Assembly (NCBI GenBank): GCA_041664625.1
Contig: JBAYKK010000004.1
Span: forward strand, 2,343 to 66,342
DNA from: Minisyncoccota bacterium
GTDB lineage: Bacteria > Patescibacteriota > Minisyncoccia > Phycocordibacterales > WO2-35-19
Length of the DNA: 64,000 nt
Direction of reading: 5' to 3'
The notes below the pieces were generated by a model that saw nothing but the letters and a program-made list of their open reading frames with translations, ran no database searches and had not been told where the DNA came from. The position numbers were made by a program, and so were the translations under genes. Shown here piece after piece: positions 27,996 to 36,758 of the stretch. Within the stretch, counting starts at the first letter, position 1; each line of letters begins with the position of its first letter.

Positions 27996-28765
27996 ATCTT
28001 TTTGGATTTAAAACCTGTTAATTTTTCAAAGCGGTCAATGATTGTTTGGCAGTATTCAGAATCCAACTCGACCATAAAGCACCTTCTCTTCGTCTGTTCG
28101 CAAGCGATTAAATCGGTTCCTGAACCTCCAAAACCGGAATACACCAAGTCTCCAATATCGGTACTATTTAGAATTAGATGCCTCACGAGGCCAACCGGCT
28201 TCATAGTCGGATGCAGACTGCTTTTATTCGGCTTGGGGAAACAGAGTACCGATTTGTCCTTCGACTTCTTGAAGTCATGGGTGCCATACCAACCGAAAGC
28301 AATGAGTTCGTGCATTGGAAGATAATCTTTCCTGCCGATAACCGAGTGATTTTTGACCCAGATGAGGAGTTGAGAGAATGTGATTCCAGCTTCGGCCATA
28401 CCCTCCCTTAGAGCAAAAATCATTTTGTCCGAGTTGAAGATGTAGAAGCTATTTTTTCTTTCGAGATATGGCTTCACCGCTTCTATCCAGTCGTGAGTGA
28501 ATCTCCTATACTCGGCATCGCTCTGGATGTGGTCATTGACGATCACTTTATTTTTCAAAAGTGTTTTGAAATTCTGTTTGCTCTCCGCGACTGCTACGCC
28601 ATATGGCACATCGGTAATGACCGCTTTAATTTTCTCTTTGCCGATAAGTTTCTTTACCAATTCTTTGTCTCTTGCATCACCGCATGCAAGAAAGTGGGAT
28701 CCGAGTTGGAAAATATCGTCAACTTTAATTGAGCTTTTTGGCTTTGTTGCCGCTGATTTTTTCAT
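27992..28765 (-). CDS. DNA methyltransferase (N6/N4 beta class)
   Basis: HFLACGD, TDVPY, HPTMKPV, FGGSGT. Confidence 0.85.
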   Translation of the reverse strand: MKKSAATKPKSSIKVDDIFQLGSHFLACGDARDKELVKKLIGKEKIKAVITDVPYGVAVAESKQNFKTLLKNKVIVNDHIQSDAEYRRFTHDWIEAVKPYLERKNSFYIFNSDKMIFALREGMAEAGITFSQLLIWVKNHSVIGRKDYLPMHELIAFGWYGTHDFKKSKDKSVLCFPKPNKSSLHPTMKPVGLVRHLILNSTDIGDLVYSGFGGSGTDLIACEQTKRRCFMVELDSEYCQTIIDRFEKLTGFKSKKI

Positions 28766-29996
28766 ATCGATTGATTATTACTTGAGTAAATACTGGTTCT
28801 ACTTCTGCAAGGAAAGCTTGACGCTTCAATCCTTCGCAGGCGACCATAAGACTTCCTGATCCAGCGCAGAGATCCAAAATTACGTCTCCAACTTTGCTAC
28901 ACCTTCGGAAGGACTTCTCATACAAACTCGGTGGCTTCATGGTCGGATGTTCGTACTGATTTCCAGGCAATCTTTTGACCAACCATATTTGGAGCATGTC
29001 CAAAACATCGTCTATCAGACGATTACCGCTACCGATTTCTCGATTCATCACTTCGTTCAGATTTTTTACATTCTCAGAAAGGAATGGCTTGCCTTTGGTG
29101 CCGTACATACACAGCTCGACCGTTCGGTTAAAAGCCACCTGAGGAGTGGGGTTGTGCGATCCTTTAATCCACATGCAGAGCCTTTTGAAATTCACTCCTG
29201 ATTCTTTGAAGATGGTCTGGAAATTCCCAACATATTTTTCATCGAGCCAAGTGAAGACATGACAATTGTCCTTGCTAACCGATAGAGCGTTTAGGAGAAT
29301 GCTTTTAACAAAATGTTCGTATTCTGCCTCGGATTTTTTATCATTAGTCTTACCACCATAATTCTGCCTGCCTCCAAGCCCAGCCGAATAGTCGACCCCT
29401 ATGTTGTAAGGAAAATCTATATTTATAAGATCCACCTTTTCTTTACCAAGAAGCTTCTCGATATTTTTTGATTCAGTACTGTCTCCACAAAGAAGTCGGT
29501 GATGTCCAAGCTGAAAAAGATCCCCAGATTTTATAGAGGTCTTTTTTGCTTTTTCTATCTCCTCCTCAACATCTAGCTCGTCATCCTCGATTGAGAGATT
29601 CTCGTCCCAGATGTGGCTCAAATCTTCGTTTTCAAAACCGACATCAAGCAACATGTTTATATCGAAGGATTTAAGGAGATCAAAATCCCAAGCCCCCTGA
29701 TTGGCATTCATGCGGAGCAGAAGCTCACGCTCTTTTTCCTCACTTGGGATATTAAGGTATATGACAGGCACGGTCTCGTATTCAAGCTCTTTCGCCATCT
29801 CTAAGCGAAAGTGGCCAGAGATCAGGCAACCCTTTCTTTTTGGAGATGAATTGACCAGAAGTGGCTCCGTTAAACCGTGCCGTTTTATACTTTCCTTTAG
29901 ATCACTTCTGGCCTTTTCGCTCCAGTATCGCGGATTATTTGGAGATGGTATAATGCAACTAACAGACACATATTCTACTTTCAATTTTTGATTCAT
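28725..29996 (-). CDS. ParB-like N-domain + DNA methyltransferase
   Basis: NNPR..SI...G..EPL..ISGH.R; HRLLCGDST, DFPYN, HPTMKP, DLCAGSGS. Confidence 0.88.
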   Translation of the reverse strand: MNQKLKVEYVSVSCIIPSPNNPRYWSEKARSDLKESIKRHGLTEPLLVNSSPKRKGCLISGHFRLEMAKELEYETVPVIYLNIPSEEKERELLLRMNANQGAWDFDLLKSFDINMLLDVGFENEDLSHIWDENLSIEDDELDVEEEIEKAKKTSIKSGDLFQLGHHRLLCGDSTESKNIEKLLGKEKVDLINIDFPYNIGVDYSAGLGGRQNYGGKTNDKKSEAEYEHFVKSILLNALSVSKDNCHVFTWLDEKYVGNFQTIFKESGVNFKRLCMWIKGSHNPTPQVAFNRTVELCMYGTKGKPFLSENVKNLNEVMNREIGSGNRLIDDVLDMLQIWLVKRLPGNQYEHPTMKPPSLYEKSFRRCSKVGDVILDLCAGSGSLMVACEGLKRQAFLAEVEPVFTQVIINRYEKISGNKAKKLN

Positions 29997-30014
29997 AAAT
30001 TTCCTGATAAAACT

Positions 30015-30047
30015 AATAAAGTCGTAACGAAGTGTTACGACTTTATT
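30015..30047. repeat. Perfect 14-bp inverted repeat upstream of the methylase-terminase operon
   Basis: aataaagtcgtaac-gaagt-gttacgactttatt. Confidence 0.7.
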
Positions 30048-30077
30048 GAATCAAACTCAAAAATATGTTCTGGGATT

Positions 30078-30914
30078 TTATTCGGTACTTTTCCCCAGAT
30101 CTTTTTTGTATCTTTTTTGTCTTAGCTCTCGAAGTTCTCTTGGTACCTCGTAAACCTGATCCGATCTAATCCTTTTGCCAGTATCGCACTTAACATTTTC
30201 CGCAATTTCTTTAGCGCTTAACTTGTAATATTCCTGATCACCCTCGTTAAATACCTCTCTATTTTGGTGATAGCGATCAATCACTATTTTCGTATCAATA
30301 TCTTTAAGAGGACTAAAGGACGGTAGATCTTTCCCCACTAAATCATTGATGTAATATTTAAGGTGCTTAAGATCGGCGTCGGTCAGCTTCATATAAAATT
30401 TGATGGTTACAGATTTTTCTCCCTTCCTTCTGTTTTCGTCGCGTATCTCCACAAATGGAATGATGGGCGTATTTGATATCTCGTTATATAAAATGTAGTG
30501 ATAGATTGGGTTGTGATAACTTGATGGCACATTAAAATCTTTTATAATGAAATCAATTTGGCGAGTGAAATAATTGACTGGCAATGGATCATGTAATTTA
30601 TATGTCATCTCGTCGTGTTGTTTTTGGTTGATTTCTCCGGCGTTAAGCTGTTGCCTCAGATTTTTTAATTTTTTCCAAAAATCATTGTCCGCCATACTTT
30701 CTGAACGGCTACACATTTCTCTATACCATTTTGCACATTTATCATCTCTATCTGGTGTTTCTTTATCAAATCCACCCAGCGGTAATTTCAAATATTCCCG
30801 TATCTTTTTGATACGGCTCTGGAACTCAAGATCCGAAAAAAGAAGCTTGATATCATCCAAGATTCTTCTTTTGGCTGGAAAGTGCATGTCCTTGTTAGAT
30901 CTTTTCTTTAGCAT
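30078..30914 (-). CDS. Hypothetical basic protein (possible regulator of the island)
   Basis: Long ORF; C-terminal helix-turn-helix-like LSAKEIAENV...VYE; start uncertain (30914 or 30932). Confidence 0.65.
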   Translation of the reverse strand: MLKKRSNKDMHFPAKRRILDDIKLLFSDLEFQSRIKKIREYLKLPLGGFDKETPDRDDKCAKWYREMCSRSESMADNDFWKKLKNLRQQLNAGEINQKQHDEMTYKLHDPLPVNYFTRQIDFIIKDFNVPSSYHNPIYHYILYNEISNTPIIPFVEIRDENRRKGEKSVTIKFYMKLTDADLKHLKYYINDLVGKDLPSFSPLKDIDTKIVIDRYHQNREVFNEGDQEYYKLSAKEIAENVKCDTGKRIRSDQVYEVPRELRELRQKRYKKDLGKSTE

Positions 30915-31247
30915 ATTTCCATTATACCGCATACAAAATTAGACACTGCACCTGATCCTTAAGGAGTGTCTAATCTGTCTAATTCTAAAATTTAGAGCTG
31001 ACTGAGACCCTTAAACGTGTTATATTGAAATTACCTCAAAGGTCTTTACGGTGCCCCACCTATGGAGGTACCAGACTGGAGAGGGGCACAAATTAAATGA
31101 CTGGATTTTTCCAGTCTTTTTAATTTGTGCTGGGAGAAAGCAAACTGCTTTGCTTTCGTGAGAGGACGCGAAAACCTTGAGTATATTTTCGAGAAGCTTT
31201 GCTTTGAGAAAATACGAAAGGTGTACAGATTCTGTAAGAATCAAGAT

Positions 31248-31264
31248 TCCTCTCCCCGGCACAA
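31248..31264 (+). repeat. attR-like 17-bp direct repeat of the tRNA-Leu(TAG) 3' end
   Basis: tcctctccccggcacaa, identical to 7520-7536. Confidence 0.9.
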
Positions 31265-31301
31265 AATTGTTTTTTAAAATCAAATGTGATATAATACATT
31301 T

Positions 31302-31732
31302 AGGTTTTCATTTCGACAACTACTATCGGGTCGCCTTCGCTCTTACAGAGCTTTGGCGGACTAATAGAGGAAAGTCCGAACACATACCAATTCTGTCTAC
31401 TTATTGTAAACAAAATTGGAATAGTAGCGGGTAACACCCGTCGTCCGCGAGGATAGAGATGCGAACAGTGACGCCAAAGCCGAAAGGCAGAGGGTTCCCT
31501 GTCTGCCGACAAGGCAGGCCTAGTGGAATAATCCAATGGCAACATTGGGGTGCAACGGCTAAATTCTTACTTGTGTGCAAGGCCGTGTCGCCTACTCTTT
31601 ATTTTAAAGGATAGGTGAAGTGCCGCTTGATCCGTCTGGTAACAGACGAGACAGATAAATTGTTGTTAAACCTGCCTTCGCTAAAAGCTTCGGCGTGGTA
31701 AACCAGAATTCGGCTTATGAGAATGAAAACCT
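31302..31732 (+). ncRNA. rnpB: RNase P RNA
   Basis: gaggaaagtccg and cagaattcggctta (P4), gggtgcaac, ggtaac; P1 aggttttcatt/aatgaaaacct; TGATATAAT upstream. Confidence 0.93.
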
Positions 31733-31737
31733 GAAAT

Positions 31738-31773
31738 ATGCAAAAACCGTCCGCAAGGTCGGTTTTTGCATTT
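31738..31773 (+). terminator. rnpB terminator
   Basis: atgcaaaaaccg-tccgcaaggt-cggtttttgcat. Confidence 0.75.
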
Positions 31774-31789
31774 CATTAAATATCTTAGC

Positions 31790-31845
31790 TTGCATTTTTT
31801 TCTATATGTGATATAATTATGGACGAATTTAGATCTTTGAAAGGA
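31790..31845 (+). promoter_or_regulatory. Promoter + boxA-like leader, copy 1
   Basis: TTGCAT..TGATATAAT, then acgaatttagatctttgaaagga, identical to 33150-33172. Confidence 0.7.
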
Positions 31846-31853
31846 ACGGCAAC

Positions 31854-33068
31854 ATGATTGTAGTAACCTTCTTGTTGGTCTTTTTGGGATTTGCAGCGTT
31901 GTTTTCTCTACTCTTTTACTGGGCTGGCGCCGCCATCAAACGGCAGGCCAACAAACCCATCAAACGGTTTTTTGCTCCTGTCCCCCGTCCTGGTAGTTTC
32001 AGTTTTGTAACTAACGAGGGCAGAGTGGAAGACGTCTTCGAAAACGTCGTAGGTTGGAGCTTGGAAACGATCAAGGACAGACGCCTGTTTACGTTAGGTA
32101 AAAATAACAACGCAGGCTTTTTGGAAAAAAATCTTGGAGTGAAGTGGATAGGCCCGTATCCAACCATCAAATCATTCAGTGATTGGGAATGGTCGGAATT
32201 GCAGGAGAGAGAAGTAGAGGAAGACGGAAAGAAAGTTATAAAATACGAAATAACAACTCGTAAAGCAAACGTTTCTGATTTCTTCTTCCAGTTCTCTCAC
32301 CCAATCAGGACAGAAGCCATCGAGATACTCGGCAACACTCAAGTTGCCCTGACCATGCTCATCACTGTTCTCAACTTGGATCCGGAACGGGCTCAGTTCT
32401 TGAATAAAGACCCTGCCATTCTTTTAGCTGGCATGATCCAGTCAACCATCAAGTCGTACATCTGCGACATGAGTTTTGATGAGATAAAGAGGATGACAGG
32501 AACAGCAACCAGAGGACAACAACAAGACCAAGACCAGAAACTCTGGGACAAATTGAAAGCCCTCAATGGTCTCGAGATGGGTGAAAAAGGCAACCCGATG
32601 TATGAAACTGAGGACCCACTTGGGGTCTTTGGTAAACTTGGTAAGTTCATTGTTCGTGGTGAAATTATCCAAGTCGAAGCAGTCGGGGCAGCCGCGGCCG
32701 CAATCGAGGCAGAAAAGATCGCCGAACTCAAAGGTAACGCCGACATCAAAGCGGCTGAAAAAACCGGCGACGCTTTGATAATGAGCGCTAAAAAAAGGAA
32801 GGAGGCTGCAGTGCTCGATGCTGCAGCTCAACGGACTCTGAACGAGCAGAATGCCGGATATTTTGCTTCGCTCCCTGGCGGTGACAGGATGTTTGTGGCT
32901 GCCCAACTGGCAGGCAAAGATTCTGACGTCACCACTTGGGTAGAAGGGGGGAACGACACAAAGGTGACAATACCTTTGCCTATGGCTCCACCCAAACCAA
33001 AGGAACCGGAAGGAGTTCCACCTGCAACAACGACAGAACCCCAAAACAAAAAGCCCAAAAAAGCTTGA
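31854..33068 (+). CDS. Membrane-anchored SPFH/band-7-like protein
   Basis: N-terminal TM, beta-rich middle, Ala/Glu-rich coiled-coil tail; GC-richer than its neighbours. Confidence 0.55.
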   Translation: MIVVTFLLVFLGFAALFSLLFYWAGAAIKRQANKPIKRFFAPVPRPGSFSFVTNEGRVEDVFENVVGWSLETIKDRRLFTLGKNNNAGFLEKNLGVKWIGPYPTIKSFSDWEWSELQEREVEEDGKKVIKYEITTRKANVSDFFFQFSHPIRTEAIEILGNTQVALTMLITVLNLDPERAQFLNKDPAILLAGMIQSTIKSYICDMSFDEIKRMTGTATRGQQQDQDQKLWDKLKALNGLEMGEKGNPMYETEDPLGVFGKLGKFIVRGEIIQVEAVGAAAAAIEAEKIAELKGNADIKAAEKTGDALIMSAKKRKEAAVLDAAAQRTLNEQNAGYFASLPGGDRMFVAAQLAGKDSDVTTWVEGGNDTKVTIPLPMAPPKPKEPEGVPPATTTEPQNKKPKKA

Positions 33069-33115
33069 CTCATGCTGTCTATATTCGCACCCCCACTGGA
33101 TTCGTCCTTTGGGGG

Positions 33116-33172
33116 TTGCTTTTTTATATTGAATATGATATAATTGTAAACGAATTTAGATCTTTGAAAGGA
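33116..33172 (+). promoter_or_regulatory. Promoter + boxA-like leader, copy 2
   Basis: TTGCTT-17-TATAAT (TG extended), the same 23-bp leader and an AAAGGAG SD. Confidence 0.7.
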
Positions 33173-33181
33173 GACAACCGT

Positions 33182-34411
33182 ATGAAGAGAGTAGCAGGTA
33201 TAATCATACTACTTGCGCTAATCGGAGCGTTCGTTTTTTCTCCCTCAATCAACGACTCAATCAAAGAGAGTCAAAAAACTGAGGAAGTTCAAAAATCCGC
33301 TCAAAAAACAAATGGAACGACCACAGACACTCAGACAGAAAAAACCCCTTCGACTTTTGGTTGGGCGTTCTCCTTCTTGGTTTTGGTAGGGATACTGATC
33401 ACGATCATCGTGATGACCTACAGAGACAAGCGCGGAACTGGCGCTAGTGTCCCGTGGGGCGACATTTTGTCGCAACCAGTCTTCATTGCCGTATTGGGGG
33501 TGGTGATACTCAACGCTTTGGCGAGTCTTTTCATCTACCCTACTTGGCGGTGGTTTTGGGATCATCAGACTTTGTTTTGGGGCACAAATATCGCACTTGT
33601 GATTTTTGTGCACTTCACGACGAAGAAAGAGCCCTACGCCAAATTTGTCTCTGGTGGGATTGGCTTGCTCATCCTCATGGGATTTGCGACCACTCTCTAC
33701 AGAGAACACATCGATGTTTGGTGGACAAAAAAGACTCAAAAAAACACCCAGACCAAAAGTCTGGCCTCTAGCTTGACCTACAGGGTGCCGGTGGAGGTGG
33801 CCAAGAAGGTGATTTGTGAATGTGAATCTGGGTGCCGACAGTTTGAGGTCGATAAAGACGGCAAATTTATCACCGACACTAACGGCAATAAGATCCCCTA
33901 CAAAAACCGGGGTATTCCTCAAAAGAATATCCCCCCATCGAGTGCGTTTGGTAAGTACCAGTTTTTGGAGGTTCATCGTGAACCAGCCAAGAAATTGGAT
34001 TGGGATCTAAACACCGAAGAGGGCCAGGAACAATACTTCGAGTACCTGTACGGGAAAGAAGGTTTTGGCCCTTGGGACTTCGACGAAGAGTACGGTGGAG
34101 GCCGGGCCTGCTGGGGGCCAAAGCTCGCGGCGCTGGGGTACGGAGCTCAAGAAAGTCCCGAATTGCTCGGTGTCGTGGATGTCCCGTCCAGCGAATGGAG
34201 CGATGTGGTGGTGAACACCTATCTCTCCAAGATCGGCTGGGGCAGACTCGACACGAGCAAAGGTGGGGTCTGCGAAGTGATGATGGATGGAGACTCCCAA
34301 AAAGTCTTCGATATCAAAGGTAACCACCCAGAGATCACTCCCCGATCGGTGCAGTTCAAATGCACCGAAAAAGGAGCCATAGTTCGAGTTCGGAGAGTTC
34401 CGAACACCTAA
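33182..34411 (+). CDS. Multi-TM protein with lysozyme-like/lytic transglycosylase-like domain
   Basis: VICECESG..QF, SAFGKYQF, EG...LY..EG..PW; start moved to the ATG after the SD. Confidence 0.6.
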   Translation: MKRVAGIIILLALIGAFVFSPSINDSIKESQKTEEVQKSAQKTNGTTTDTQTEKTPSTFGWAFSFLVLVGILITIIVMTYRDKRGTGASVPWGDILSQPVFIAVLGVVILNALASLFIYPTWRWFWDHQTLFWGTNIALVIFVHFTTKKEPYAKFVSGGIGLLILMGFATTLYREHIDVWWTKKTQKNTQTKSLASSLTYRVPVEVAKKVICECESGCRQFEVDKDGKFITDTNGNKIPYKNRGIPQKNIPPSSAFGKYQFLEVHREPAKKLDWDLNTEEGQEQYFEYLYGKEGFGPWDFDEEYGGGRACWGPKLAALGYGAQESPELLGVVDVPSSEWSDVVVNTYLSKIGWGRLDTSKGGVCEVMMDGDSQKVFDIKGNHPEITPRSVQFKCTEKGAIVRVRRVPNT

Positions 34412-34439
34412 CGGGGGAGCGCAAGCTCCCCTATATTTT

Positions 34440-34706
34440 TTAACAGAAAAATCGGCCGTCACACGATATATCAAAAGTAGCCAAAACTAAACGCAAAATA
34501 CCGTAGACACTAAACATTATGAAAAGACCGATCACTCCCCACTTCACATTGTCTCTGTTTTTGGTCAAGTCACTACTGTCGGCTTTATAAATCATCTCAG
34601 CTATACCATAAAACAAAAAAACTGTAGCAATTGTAAAACCTAAAATAATAAGTGGATTTAAAATGAGAGTAGCTATTTTTCCCAAAAGCTCGGTGATTGA
34701 AAGCAT
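34440..34706 (-). CDS. VirB2/TrbC-like pilin
   Basis: Two TMs, FLFYG...WGVIGLFIMFSVYGI. Confidence 0.75.
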   Translation of the reverse strand: MLSITELLGKIATLILNPLIILGFTIATVFLFYGIAEMIYKADSSDLTKNRDNVKWGVIGLFIMFSVYGILRLVLATFDISCDGRFFC

Positions 34707-34720
34707 AGATATATTATAAC

Positions 34721-34786
34721 ACCCCGTAGTAGATTTTTGCATAGCACTTTGTGTGCAAAACACAATGCAAAAATTCACTACGGGGT
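34721..34786. repeat. Intergenic palindromic element (accccgtagt...actacggggt)
   Basis: Long imperfect inverted repeat. Confidence 0.65.
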
Positions 34787-34830
34787 AACAAACTCCCCCA
34801 AAGCAAGCAAACTAAAGTGTGGCACAACTA

Positions 34831-34863
34831 AACAAAAACCCCGAGAACATCGGGGTTTTTGTT
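34831..34863. terminator. Intrinsic terminator
   Basis: aacaaaaaccccga-gaaca-tcggggtttttgtt. Confidence 0.75.
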
Positions 34864-34880
34864 ATTCAGATTTAACTAAA

Positions 34881-35219
34881 TTAATTAGGTATAAGAGGAC
34901 TTACTGAAGGCGCAGCCTCTTCGTCGATACCGACAGCTGTACCGATAAATCTCACCAAACCCCAAACTGAAGCCATGACGAATAGAGCCACAACTCCCCA
35001 AATCATAGTTTTCTTAGCAGCATCTTTGTCGTCTTCTTTGCCAAAAATGTATTTGACCAAACCGTAGAAGAAACCAAGAAGGGCCAAAGCAAACATAATC
35101 GGAATGATTTTGTTTATGATATTGCCGATATCAGTGATCAAACCATCAATGTTGCCCAAAGCGGCAAAAGAAGTAAGAGGTAAAGCCAAAGCTAAACCAG
35201 TCCACATTAATTTTTTCAT
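34881..35219 (-). CDS. VirB2/TrbC-like pilin
   Basis: Signal peptide; FFYGLVKYI...MIWGVVALFVMASVWGLV. Confidence 0.85.
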   Translation of the reverse strand: MKKLMWTGLALALPLTSFAALGNIDGLITDIGNIINKIIPIMFALALLGFFYGLVKYIFGKEDDKDAAKKTMIWGVVALFVMASVWGLVRFIGTAVGIDEEAAPSVSPLIPN

Positions 35220-35330
35220 CTTTTTTTTGTAATTAATAATTAATAAATTTTAATAATTAAATAAACGACCTATTTTAATTTATTTCATAATACAACTTTT
35301 TACACACAAACTCAATGAAGTAATCCACAG

Positions 35331-35693
35331 CTAAATATTACTACTACCACCACTACCTATAGTTGGTATTGGTATACTAGAGTTATTGGTAATATTAAAT
35401 TCCTCCTGAATAAATCTTACTAAACCCCAAACTGAAGCCATGACGAAGAGAGCAACAACTCCCCAAATCATTATCTGTCTACCCTCAGCTTTGGCTGTAC
35501 CTTCAGACCATATGTATTTGGCCACACCCCAGAAAAAGAAAAACAAAGCCAAAGTAAAAACGAGAGGGATGAGCACATCGGTAACCATAGTTTTTAAATT
35601 TGTAAAAAATGTGCTGGTTTCCCCTAGAGCTTCAGCAGAAGCCAAGACTGGTAAAACTGTTAAGGTTAAAACAAAATAAAACTTTTTTAACAT
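35331..35693 (-). CDS. VirB2/TrbC-like pilin
   Basis: FFWGVAKYI...MIWGVVALFVMASVWGLV. Confidence 0.85.
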   Translation of the reverse strand: MLKKFYFVLTLTVLPVLASAEALGETSTFFTNLKTMVTDVLIPLVFTLALFFFFWGVAKYIWSEGTAKAEGRQIMIWGVVALFVMASVWGLVRFIQEEFNITNNSSIPIPTIGSGGSSNI

Positions 35694-35722
35694 AAATTTT
35701 AAATACTAATAATTATAATTTG

Positions 35723-35995
35723 TTACTGTTTGCTTACACTTCCTATACCTGGTATACCCAGCTCGACTTGTATAAATTTAATTATACCCCAGATAGAAAA
35801 AGCTACAAACAACCCGACGATGCCCCAGACCATGACTTTTTTGCCTTCTTCGGCTGCTTTGTCGCCTGCCGCCCCGCTTCTTATATATTTGGCTACGCCC
35901 CAGAAAAAATAAAACAAACACAAGGCAAAAGCCAAGGGTATTAGCACATTTTTCACTATCCCAAACGCTGCGTCTATTATATCTATAATTCCCAT
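35723..35995 (-). CDS. VirB2/TrbC-like pilin
   Basis: FFWGVAKYI...GKKVMVWGIVGLFV. Confidence 0.85.
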   Translation of the reverse strand: MGIIDIIDAAFGIVKNVLIPLAFALCLFYFFWGVAKYIRSGAAGDKAAEEGKKVMVWGIVGLFVAFSIWGIIKFIQVELGIPGIGSVSKQ

Positions 35996-36009
35996 ATTTT
36001 ATTTTTTAA

Positions 36010-36312
36010 TTATTTTTTTAAATCTTTTGGTATTTGAGGAATAAGTGGAGTGGTGCCATTTCTAAAACCAAATTCTCCTTGTAAAAAGTAAACAATCCCC
36101 CAAATCGTAACCATGACAAACATCCCTACCACCCCCCAAATAAGCAGATTTTTGCTGTCTTTGATTTCCTTTTCACTACCAGCCGAATTGATATATCTGG
36201 CCACTCCATAGACGAATGCCAAAAATGCCACCGCTCCCAAAAATGGTACGAGTTTGAGCCCGATACTGGTAAATAAATTTATGATACCTGCTAAACCATC
36301 GTTTGGATTCAT
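36010..36312 (-). CDS. VirB2/TrbC-like pilin
   Basis: FVYGVARYI..AG...LLIWGVVGMFVM. Confidence 0.85.
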   Translation of the reverse strand: MNPNDGLAGIINLFTSIGLKLVPFLGAVAFLAFVYGVARYINSAGSEKEIKDSKNLLIWGVVGMFVMVTIWGIVYFLQGEFGFRNGTTPLIPQIPKDLKK

Positions 36313-36318
36313 TTTGTT

Positions 36319-36738
36319 TTATGTTTTTAATTGATCAATCGTGGTACCAATAGCTTTAGAAATAACCGAAGCCCCGAGAAGTATAGCCGCCCCGACCACT
36401 GCCCACGTCAAAGCATCAGTGGCTTTTTTGATTTGACTAGTATCGCCTCTGGCGGTCACATACATAAATCCGGCATACATGATCATCACGACCGCTACTA
36501 CCCCACCCACCGGCATCAAAATATCGTTTATTATGGTCTCTATCAGGCCTTGGATACTATCAAGCTTGAAAGGATTTTTGATTATTATATTCATAGCCGG
36601 AGGTTTGCCCGCACCACCTTCATCACCACCTCCACCACCCTCTTGACCATTCACAAACAAAGGTGTAATCAAAATAGCTAGCATCAAGAAGCTTACGAAA
36701 TAACTTAAAATATTTTTGGCTTTATGAGATTTAAACAT
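36319..36738 (-). CDS. VirB2/TrbC-like pilin
   Basis: I.NP, MIMYAGFMYVTARGD...KKA...LTWAVVG. Confidence 0.85.
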   Translation of the reverse strand: MFKSHKAKNILSYFVSFLMLAILITPLFVNGQEGGGGGDEGGAGKPPAMNIIIKNPFKLDSIQGLIETIINDILMPVGGVVAVVMIMYAGFMYVTARGDTSQIKKATDALTWAVVGAAILLGASVISKAIGTTIDQLKT

Positions 36739-36758
36739 ATTTATATTATTTATTAATT

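Larger units (their letters stand above)
7537..31264. mobile_element. Island 1 (about 23.7 kb) in tRNA-Leu(TAG): large serine recombinase, cargo, terminase/methylase module
   Basis: 17-bp duplication of the tRNA 3' end at both ends; recombinase; defence and surface cargo; TerL/TerS. Confidence 0.88.

Noticed and set aside
7537-31264. Complete prophage
   Set aside because: No portal, capsid, tail, lysis or replication genes between the att sites
31020-31545. ORFs 31020..31283, 31177..31434 and 31300..31545
   Set aside because: They overlap attR and RNase P RNA and show no recognisable protein features
32393-34474. Long antisense ORFs (32442..33044, 33257..33976, 34007..34474)
   Set aside because: Shadows of GC-richer plus-strand genes that have a clear promoter, SD and terminator
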